A DNA stretch of 58,589 bases, counting the filler, from Dirinaria sp. TL-2023a (Eukaryota), in the NCBI GenBank assembly GCA_051941275.1. It is 4 parts of 4 records of this genome, joined end to end, with 100 filler letters (N's around TTAATTAATTAA, not from the genome) between each part and the next. Parts side by side here need not be neighbours in the genome. Positions count along the whole stretch, not along the records: positions 44,044 to 58,589 come from JAVEBF010000598.1; 3 more parts are not named here. One strand, given 5' to 3'. The notes under the pieces are model-generated. The model saw nothing but the letters and a program-made list of their open reading frames with translations, was not told the origin of the DNA and did no database searches. Below, one piece after another: positions 48,523 through 58,589 of the stretch (its first letter is position 1; every line of letters starts with the position of its first letter). A program made the translations under genes and the position numbers.

Positions 48523-49040
48523 CGCGTAAGAACGCTCAGTCTTCGTATCGAGCCGATTGCGCAGAAGATTGACAAGACCACCTGGTCGGACATATATTAT
48601 ATCAATCATTACGCAAATCGAGATACATGCTACAAGGACTATTCCAAGCTAGCCGAACTTCTAGATCGGGAGGTACTCAAGAGCACCCGGGTCGTATTCT
48701 GCACCATCCCATCTTGCAGAACTGCAGCGCTGTGTTAGGAGGTTGGAGTCGATGGAGATCTCAATTGGTACCCTCAATTCTCAATACACACGGACTTAAC
48801 TAAGACTACACTTTGAAAAGCCTGACGCTCATGGTAATTTCCCGAGCGAAAATGTCTAATTCGGACCGGACCACCGGCCTACCTGTCATCGCTATCCCAA
48901 CGAGGTGGCACAATGAACTAAATAGGCAAGCGGTCATGGTCCTCATCCTAGTGGATCTGATTAACTTTCTATGATGATGCTATCATTGAAGCTCTGCACC
49001 ATTATTAGAGACTTTTCTTACCCCTAATTATTTATCTGAC
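48523..49040 (+). pseudogene. Probable decayed Upf1-like (SF1) helicase fragment
   Basis: YKDYSKLAELLDREVLKSTRVVFCT (48631-48705) parallels [24 protein letters not shown] of intact UPF1. GAC CAC CGG C CTA CCT GTC ATC (48869-48890) resembles a frameshifted GDHxQLxPVI. Stops and frameshifts are present. Confidence 0.4.
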
Positions 49041-50221
49041 GGCGAAATGGAGTTCAATACACATCAGACCATCAGCAGTCGCAGATGATTTTAATCTTGT
49101 TCGCCCTGGGTGTTACATCCTTCAAGCTCAAGAGAGAAAAGATGTTCATATACAGAACTAGTTTATCTCAAAACAACTGATGTCAAAGGTGAACAAGACA
49201 TGATGAATGCTGTGACACAGAGGGTGATGGAAGAGTTGAAAGAAATTGATCATTTACCAAAAGATCTCGGACTCCGGAGCGCTTGAGAGTATGGTTAGCG
49301 AGCTTCATCGATCAAGAGAAGAGCAAGAACAAGTACCTGGATGCTTTAGTTAGATAGAAAATTCAGCGTAATTTTCCGTCAGATGTCTCTGTGTGGCAGA
49401 GAATTGCTCTGCTCAATTGTCAAGGATCTTAGGAGTATGGTCCGAGAATTCGAGGCTGGGCGAGGATATGAATTTCGATTTGAGTCGGCGCCAGAGGGGT
49501 GATCCCATTCAAAATTCGCCAAGAGAACGAACAACAAATTCTTGAAATCTATGAGCTCAGGAGTTAACTTTCCAGGTCAAAGATGAGACATGAATTCAAC
49601 TGTGATAGAGAAGTACAACTAAAGAATAAATAGCACAAAGCTTCAAGATCGCTGCTGACCGAGAGACTCCAGACGAGACACCTTTAAGGGCTTCTGAACC
49701 TGCTCGATCATCGTTCTTTTTTGTATGAATTTCAATTCCATACTTCTCGGACCATGACGCTCATGAATACCCGTATTTCCGATGACCAGGAAAAATGCTC
49801 CAAGGCAAGCGCAGAGTCCACCAACACAAATTCGCGCGCGTTCTCAGATGAACGACTATCACAGCGTCGTCATGTTGAACTCCGCATCCTTTGAAAGACG
49901 TTACATTGGCTAGGATTCACAGAAGAATGGAGGCAATTTGCAACGGCGAAAATAGAGCGTCTATCCGAGAGACTGGATTTTGGAATTGTTCGATATCATC
50001 GTTGAAGAATCAAAATCTCCAAGGTAATCAGCACACTCGAAAATGCCTGGAGTACTTCAAAGCCAATCAATAATTCAATCGAACAGTCATCACACAAAAT
50101 CAGGCAAGGAATGGAAGCGAGACTGCTCTTAAGTGTTCAATACTCATTATCCCAGACGCCTTATACTCAGCTTAAGAAGTGATTATCGACATAAACCTTC
50201 TCTACTCATTCACAGACGGAC

Positions 50222-51049
50222 GAACCGGATCGGCTCCTGAACGTGTACCTCATCGCCTATGCCATCTGGCATGTTCGTTCGTTGTTCTTTTCGGGCGGCA
50301 AATAAAAGCTCAAGAGTTCGAAAAAGCGCGGCGCTCGAGCATTAGAAGCTGATGGTTTCGATGTCGCAGAGAATCGCGAGAACAAGATGAACGAGATCAT
50401 TCTCGATCTCGTCAAATGCAATATTCTCGAGATGTTTGAACGTATCATTTGTGACGAGATTCAGAAAATGAAACATCACAACACTCTCGCTCACAAGATC
50501 ATCGTCGATCTTTGAGCTCTCATTATTAATTTTCTGACGATCATCTCAATTATGAATAAATCGTTCGATCTTAACGATCTTTTTCGACTGCTGTATCAGC
50601 TCGATTGAATCGATTTCGAAAAGCAAGATTATTTCTTCTCGCTCGAAGACTACGCAGCAGTCTGAGAAACAATGAAGAAATAAACATCGCACGATTCTCA
50701 GATGCGTCAGATTCGATAAGTTTTAAACTCAGTATTTTTCCGTCGTCTCGTCGTTTCTCTCGTGCAAAAGACTCAGATTAATCTCGAAATCGCTAAAACT
50801 CTATTTTCGTCGATTCTCAATCTGCTTCAGATGCAACGAATTTTTGCGTTCGAAGTGAAGAGATCGAAAGATCGTTTGATTCGATTTGAGTAGAATCTGT
50901 CTCACTTCGAATGTGTGCACGCCGAGCTTTTGACGAGAAAAGCAGAGACGAAGCTGTATAAAAGAATTCATGATCAAGTGACTCAAAATCTATATCAAGA
51001 GTATGATGAGAAAAAGAAATATCAATTTTCGTCAAAATGTAATATCTGA
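50222..51049 (+). pseudogene. Decayed SNF2-family helicase/ATPase (motifs II-III and downstream), point-mutated
   Basis: One frame of about 276 codons with about 7 stops and no apparent indel. FERIICDEIQKMK (motif II, DE at 50453) and NFLTIISIMNKSFDL (motif III LTATPxxN, 50531-50563), then ILNLLQMQR and EL...ETKLY. Confidence 0.75.
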
Positions 51050-54000
51050 TGCATTGAGTGCATCAGATCTTCACAGTCAATCGTCGCAAAGTTCTCATCT
51101 TTTGTGATTGATCTTCCACACAATGACTCGTGAAGCTGTATCTGATCAACCTCGAGTATAATGTGATGAGTATTCGCTCTAGTCATCAGAATTCTGAGCG
51201 CGAAATGCCCGTCGATGCTTTCAACGACAAGGCGTCAATCTCTGATCTTTTCTACACAGCTAACAACTAGCATCACAAGTGGGAACATGAACACTGTTTA
51301 TGCTCAGAAATCTCGACAATCATGTACCACCAGCGTCTATCCACGGATACAGTTCAGAGACGAAAAGTCCAAAAAGAGCAAGAATTAACGATCTTACAGA
51401 AAAGGCGTGGTTCGTTATGATGCGCAAGGCATAAACCCAGCAACAGGTAGATTTGACTTTTCGCGTCTTGCACGGACTCCGCTCATATCGGATTCTTAAT
51501 CGGCTCAGCGCTGGATTCTATTTCCGTACTGAAAGGAATGTTGCGGAGCGTTATTGCAACTTTTCGAAGAAGATTAAAGACGTTGAAGTCGTTCATAAAA
51601 CAGATATTCTATCAGTTAGTGTCTGACACAGAGCAGGAACGAATGAATTTTATCACATGGAATCAATCTATCTCAATCTGTATCAACCGGGCAGTCAACA
51701 ATGATGGCGCAAATCAGGAGCATAGAGAACTAGAGGATCATATCCAAGTATGGTCCGAGAGAAGCTAGGGAGAAACCAGCAAAACCATGCAAGGAGTCAT
51801 ACTCAACAGCTCGTTCATGAACATCGGTTGCTATAAATTCTTCTCAAGATAAATTCGCCACTTTATTGGATATCCTCGCAATGAACGAAAATTGGACGTC
51901 AGAAATCGTCGATTCTCTGCAACACAAAGGACTTTCCGAACGCCGCATTCGACTAGACGGAAATCATTGACGAGCTGAGCGAAGATCTACCAGACGATCT
52001 CTCAGGAGATATCAATGTTATTTGCACTGTTTTGGTTCTAATTTATTTTTGCAGTCACTTTGTCGAAGGTATCACCTGGGGGACTGTGCAGAAGAAGATG
52101 GACTCGGAGAACATTAATATGATTCAGAAAAACTCGCATTCGATCTCTACATGACCCATAGAGATGTATATCTCAACTGATTTCGCAAAACGATTGAAGA
52201 CTCGTCATCAAGGATCAAGCTTGACGTAAATCGTGATATGGAAACCGAATCATTTAACACTTTCAAGAATTTGGGCAACAAGGCTTCTCATATATCATGG
52301 GTCATGAAACCTGGAGAGATTAGAACAAGGTCACACATGGACGACGAATGCGAAGAGATGTGTCGGAGTATCAGTATGATATCGTTATACACTCGTCCTC
52401 GCTGATGAACCATTCCCATCACAATCAGTTGCTATCAAAAGAGAAAAATCACAAACGAGGATAACGATCTAAGTAAAGCTCCATAGTTGACAAGATCTTA
52501 ACAAGGTCGCACTGTTAAACAATGCGCGTTTCTTCAGGAAGACAAATGATCAAAGAAAGCGCTCGTGACCCAAAAAAATATATTCCGAGATCTCAATTTT
52601 AAAAAAAATGAGCATAAACAACGGTGGAAGTTTCAGAAGAGGTGAGATATATAAAAATATGATTTGCTAATTCAACAACTACAAACAGTCTTTGAATGCT
52701 AAGAGTCGAACATTTCGAAGAAAAGAATCGTTCTTCTTGCGAAATTAAAAGTAGAAAGATTATCTAGATCGCAATCAAAGATCAAAAACACAATAAAGAG
52801 CGACGCTGAAGAACAGAGAGATAGTACTACGACTGATATTTAAAAAACGGTATCAGATGCCCACTTGACAGAGTGCAGATCAATATACATTATCTCACAT
52901 CTCATACATTCTCACTAGCTGAATCTAACCTATCTGGCCCATTATTTACACAAATAATGACGATACCGTACGACAACTTAGATTTCTCATAGCTCTACTT
53001 CTCACGTTGATAGATCAAGTCGGAATCCGCCACTCTCAATAAGTTTCAAATTATCAAAAGTCTCTCAAACCCAATGATCCAAATTCGTTTCTTCACATCG
53101 AAGCCTTAAAAATCGTTGTGAACTTCCGGTCGCCGAATCCCTTCATTACACTCTGTTGTGGTAGCAGGACAAGAGCAACCAAAAGGATTACTGCATAAAA
53201 TTGTAGAAGATGGTAATACGAGGAAAGAATACAGTACAGAGCAGAGCGAGGAGAATGAAGAGAGAGAAACAAACGCTCTAATTGATTCCTGGAGGTACTA
53301 TATTAATCTCATCAATCTCTCTACTATCAAAGCGTTTTCTGTCTTCTCGCGCACATCAGACTCTCTACTTTGTCCTGAATGATGGCCTTGCTCATAATTT
53401 CAGCAAAACTTTTTTTTTTTGAACTATAATCTAGCTCGATTAAAGATACGGTTCAACATTACCCATTCACGCCAACCGTTTCAAGTTTCCCTTACACTCT
53501 TCAGTTTAGATATTTTTTCGCTGGACATCAAACCTCAAAAATTCCATCATCCGGTCTTCTTCATGCCTCCCAAGCCAGAAATCGAAATTTTCAAATGAAG
53601 AAGACTAAATCGATCTTAACTTCCGTCGCATCTCAGAAATCAGAAATTCCAATCCGCACTTCGAGCAGAGTAACTTCTTGCCTTGAAAAAATTCTTGCCC
53701 AAAAAGCGTTACAGCGATGAAGAAGCTGATGTCATAATTGTAAAGCTCAAATTAAACCCGAGTTATGACAGCCAATTCTGGTTGAAACTTCGTGACTTGA
53801 AGGTGAAGAAATTAGAAGTTAAAAATCGATTGAATAAATTCGAAGGCAGGCTCACGAACTTGGACAAGCAGGAATTCCCACAAAGCATGGAGCTACGACG
53901 GCAGCACAGTCGAGTTAAAGACCTCAAAAACAAGGAAGTTCTGACTTGGTAGCTAAGATTGAGTAGCTTGAGAGCTGAGCGGGACACGCCAAAGGACAAG

Positions 54001-54290
54001 AGTATTTCATTTGTGATTGGAATCACGCTGCCACTGAGTTTCTTTCGATTGAAGTATTTTGCAGTCTGAGCATCAAGAGATACCTGTGCTTCAATGGCAC
54101 AAGGATGCAAACTTGAGAGCCGAACAAAAAACGAGGTACCTACCTACTAAGGCACTTACCTCACCAAAGACGCCAGACTACTGAGAAGCCCACAGACATC
54201 GTTAGACGTCGTCAGACTTTGTAAAAAGATGATGTTGTCGCGGGTCTGCCGGAATTTCATGCAATATATTCCTGCAGAACATAATTTATC

Positions 54291-55673
54291 TTCAATGACG
54301 GACACTTTCAGCTTGAGCTAGCGAAACAACTGAGAAAACTTGCCGCCGAAAAAGCGTGACTCCTTATACGTACCCACTCTTCCACGATTGGGCGGTAACT
54401 TTGATCGAGCTGTGTCGAGAGTTTGTACTCCTTTTTCCATATATTCTTAGGTTCTAAAATATTATCCAGATGATGGAAAATTATACTTCAATCGCACAGA
54501 ATTTGCAACCAGAAAAATAACAAAGATATGAAAGCTGTCTGTGGGACGGAATGTTACGAAACTCGCGAATTGTCACTTGTCAGAAAAATCCTCAATAACC
54601 ATCAGCTGAGACCTTTCCGACGCCGCGCGAACAATGTAAAGTTCGAAAAGTCTGCACCAAGTTCTACTCTCTTTTCTGATCGATCACTTTCGTCGTCGAG
54701 TTCTCGAGTGAGATCTTTATCTTTGAGTATCTCGAGTTAAAAAAGCTAAGACAGTCGATATATCGGCCATAATATATGTTCTCAAAAAGCTCCGAGGAAA
54801 CGTGAAACTTCAATGGATCAGTTACTTTGATCAAGAAAATTCAATAGCGCAAACCAAGACTAGAAAAGTATGAAAGCCACAAGCCACGTCGCAGAATAAT
54901 GAGAGATTATTCTACGTTTGATCTTGAGCTGGCAAAGAAACTCAACGCTCGAAAAGCGGAAACCAAGCTTGTTAAAGCAAGTGTTTTTTATGGTTTAAGC
55001 TGGTACCATACAGGAATCCACGGTTCAGACACTGCTGAGTATCTCTCCTTTTAAATCCGTATTAGCTTTTTCCGCGGTCTATATTTCAATTGCTATCTCT
55101 CCTTCAATCATCTCGATCATTCAATCAAAGAAATCTACGAAAAACCAGAAAAACCCATTATCAGCGGACATTCGAAGAGCTTATTCTTAGTAATGAGTTC
55201 CAATAACGAACTTTTTCAGCTTGAGCTAGCAGAGCGGCTGAAGACGCAAGCCGAACGCTCACAAAAAAAGAATGTACCGCTCTGAACCTGCTTTTCATAT
55301 GACTAACAGTGTACACGTTACACGATTTACTCTTCAAACACTGCGCATTTATTCTTTTTTCCAGAATTCTAAGCGTGGAGACTCAGTTCGACATTGAAGA
55401 GCAATTATTAGACAATCTCATCATCTCCCCTCTCACAAGTGTCCCTGCTGGATTTTATTTTCTGAATTTGAGATGTTTATATAGAAGAATATCTGCGCTT
55501 AAATCGCATCGTCAATTCAAATCAAGAGTCGAGAGAATAAGCAAAATTCAGTGTTTGTTTAAATTGAGACTGTATCAAAAATATTTGATCCAGTATATTC
55601 TTTCGGAATATCCATCTCAGATGATGTCTTCAACGACAGATACTTTTTATGTGAGCTGGCCGAGCGACTGAGA
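54291..55673 (+). repeat. Four diverged copies of a coding-like repeat F/S-N-D/N-x-x-F-x-L-E-L-A-x-x-L
   Basis: Copies at 54291-54335 (FNDGHFQLELAKQLR), 54902-54946 (RDYSTFDLELAKKLN), 55199-55243 (SNNELFQLELAERLK) and 55629-55673 (FNDRYFLCELAERLR). Confidence 0.65.
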
Positions 55674-58589
55674 AATGACGAAAAAGATCCACTTTTGCTC
55701 TATTCACCCTGTTTATGATTGAGTAATAATATTATTCAATAGCTGAGCGCTTTTTCTTTTAACTACTGTATATCTACTTTTCTAAATTTCGAGTTAATCT
55801 GTGCTTTGATTCCACTTCCAGTTAGAACGGAAAAAAATTCGAGATCTGCATCATCTGCGAAAACTCGAACATGTCTCAATCTTCGTTCGAAGTTATATTC
55901 CACAAAAACGAACACTTTGTTGCGGTTGCTAGTACCATTGGTTGTGGCGGTACTTAGTACTTGCCACCATGAACGGTGGCAATCACCGTGGCAACCGCTT
56001 GTATTTAAATGACCATTCCGTAGTTGCAAATGACAACCTTTCCATGAACCATGAACAGTACCCTACCAGACTTCGTATTCTCAAGCTGACAAAGCAATCA
56101 AGAAAGATCGACGTCGAAAGAAAAAAGGTTCCCTGAACATACACTTTCATAACTGAGACCATGAACAGAAAATTATTCTACTTAAGATCCTGTGTACGTC
56201 TTTCATTTTCTAGATTTCAAGAGATATCTGCATTTCAACCGCGAGCCATATTCCACTTACAAAAGCCGAAGAAAACCATAAGAATTTATATCCGCACGCA
56301 GAAAAGTAAAATATTTTCTCCATCTCCCATCTCTACAGTACCGTCTTCGATAATACATATTCATCAGCGGGGAGTTGTTCCAGGGGGTGCTTGCCATTAT
56401 CGCTTTGCGAAGAAGACACTAGTCAGTCAGCGGGCAGGTAGTATCTTCTTTAATTGCTTTTCAGGAGCTTCTAGACTCAACAAACAAGACACCTTCTAAG
56501 GTACCCCTAAATTCTTACATATGACTAAATTCTCATGACCAGTAGTCTCTGGCGATACCACGAGATTCATTTTTTGAGCTGGGAAAGTACCTGAAAAATT
56601 CAACATCTCAGAAGAAAGAACAAGGTTATTGAATTATAATCGTGCTGTTCTTTATGATTGAGGGCTGAGAACGTCTCAAGTCCCGCCCTTAAAATGCTGG
56701 AGGGCAGCTGTCAAGACTTATCTATGGCATGTTTCATATTTCAACTTTTCAATCATTGTCCAAGATTCATATCTATAACGAAATAAACAATGGTCCGAAC
56801 CGAGGAGCCCAAAAAGGACACACACAAGATCCAGTATCTACATCGTAAAAATCTATCATAAACTCAATCTATGCTGAATTTCTCGATTATTCCACTATTT
56901 TGACTTACTTCAATAAAAAAAGATTCTAAAATGGAACATACAGGGAGGACTATCTCCCACCCTCACCTCCTAAGCGGATTAAAGAGGAAGTAGATGAAGT
57001 ACGCCTTACCTTGAGCTATGGCCACTAGGATGAATGGATCAGGGCTAAAGGAGTCGTTGAGGACGTTACGGGAAGCTATGAAATATCTACGAGGTAACGC
57101 CTATAAAAAGACTAGTGAGGCGTATGCAAAGAGATACGCTACAATGGAAGAAGCTGGGCAGTTATTACGCAACCATGGCCTGAAAAGGGTTATCTGGTCG
57201 GATAAGAACCTTGAAGAAGCAGTTGCACAGCTGGAATGATGGCGCAAGGGCTTTTTTTTGTGTGTCTAATGGAGTTGAGGTGGAAGGAGCGGGGGTACAA
57301 CCCCCGTGGCGTCATTTCGTTAGTCAGCAAGTAGTATTTAGCTGGCGGGAGCTTTTGCTCCTTTACAAATGCATCCTGCTTTCTACCCCATTCGAATGCA
57401 CATACCTTGGTGACCAACCATTTCTAGATTGTACTTACTTAGGGGACGGTTATCTCGTCGTCAAATGCAAAGCATCTTCCTCTCATCTCATCATTTTTCT
57501 ATCATTTTGATAGCGTCAACAAACTATCAAGTCCATCGACTCGTACAGTAGTCACCATTACCAGGTTTTTTTCTTCTAGCTCTTTAGATCGTGCAAACGT
57601 TCTTTTAGCTCTTCACATCATGCAAACGATTCATCTGCCCCTCACTGTTCGATCAATCAACTCTCACTTCCATCAACACCCACTCTCTCAATCTACTTCT
57701 GTCTTGTAGAGCGTTCAATATGCCGTCGCCGCCGAACTTACTCAAAAACATAATTCATCAGACTCATCAAATCAACGATTTTGTCCTCGCTACAGATACT
57801 AGCCATTTCTATCGAAGACGTCCATGTGACTATTTACAGCATCGTGTCCACAACGCTGCGATCACCTATATTCAGAAAGCAAAGTTACAAAACACACACA
57901 AAGAGCACAGTCACACGAATAATCAATCAACTATTCCCAGAATTGAGTCACTGACAAAGTCGATCTTTAACGAAGGTCGTGAAGGACTTTTCCGCCGCTA
58001 CTGCCGAATCTAAATGCACAGATTATTATCGCTTCTTTCTTTCGAAGGGAACAGTCTCTTCGGATCTCGGTAGTTCATTTTTCACGGGCAAGACCCCCAA
58101 GCTCTGAGGAAACAGTCCCCCAGGCACCTCTATTTATGAGGAGGTAGGCCAAAATCTAAAAAACCCTATTTCGAAATGCTATTCCCCAACCACAGATAAC
58201 CCTTTCCAAAACTAGCGCAACAACTGAAAAAGCCTAACCCCCAAAGAAAGACAAAATCTCTCTGAATATACTCTTTCATGATTTTTCCGTAAACGCTACC
58301 TCACTTTTGGAGTAAACCCGAACCCAACAGCAGAGCCTCAGCAATTCTCACCAAACCATATACATATCCAATTCACCATCTTCCTCCTCATCTACTCCTA
58401 CCGTAGATCCTTTATCTGCACCACCCACCTTCCTAGATCATCACGCCCCCAAAAACCCATAGCTGATTTCCCAAAACCCCCCGCAAAAAAGAAAACATTG
58501 ATCAAAAATGCCTCCTTGCTGTTCTCACATTACCCCCCAACCCTAATCAACCAACCCAAAATATATCATCCCACCTTATCCCATATCCC

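Larger units (their letters stand above)
46100..58589. other. Gene-poor, AT-enriched decayed island
   Basis: The ORF track shows nothing above 120 aa. There are relic coding frames and patches depleted in CC/GG and rich in TC/GA. Confidence 0.8.

Noticed and set aside
53683..58013. Short ORFs at 53683, 55309, 57018 and 57720 as genes
   Set aside because: Coding-like scraps with no identifiable family; treated as part of the decayed island.
1..58589. tRNA, rRNA, CRISPR arrays or intact transposons
   Set aside because: None recognised by eye; small ncRNAs cannot be excluded without a covariance-model search.

Overview
Eukaryotic DNA from a filamentous ascomycete (Pezizomycotina). Evidence: short GT-AG introns with CTAAC/GCTGAC branch points and typical fungal housekeeping proteins. 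The window is not continuous. It is four contigs (1-14603, 14704-29284, 29385-43943, 44044-58589) joined by artificial 100-bp N44-TTAATTAATTAA-N44 spacers and apparently sorted by length. Contigs 1-3 are gene-dense and carry: PKH/PDK1 kinase, a Cdc26-like-headed disordered protein, a metallo-beta-lactamase-fold hydrolase, a conserved hypothetical, a CorA-like membrane protein, UPF1, IMP4, PLC1, TYW1, a PQ-loop protein, a TauD/JLP1-like dioxygenase, a Zip2/SHOC1-like protein, SWT21/TCAB1 (with a GC-AG intron), HSP10 and a VAMP7-like SNARE. Contig 4 holds a methyltransferase 3' end and an intact 5-exon alpha/beta-hydrolase, then about 12.5 kb with no intact gene. That tract contains a decayed SNF2 helicase, a probable decayed Upf1-like SF1 helicase and a four-copy relic peptide repeat. 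It also shows a striking loss of CC/GG dinucleotides, pointing to a CpC->TpC RIP-like mutator rather than only canonical CpA RIP. All calls are by-eye motif recognition; no database searches were run.
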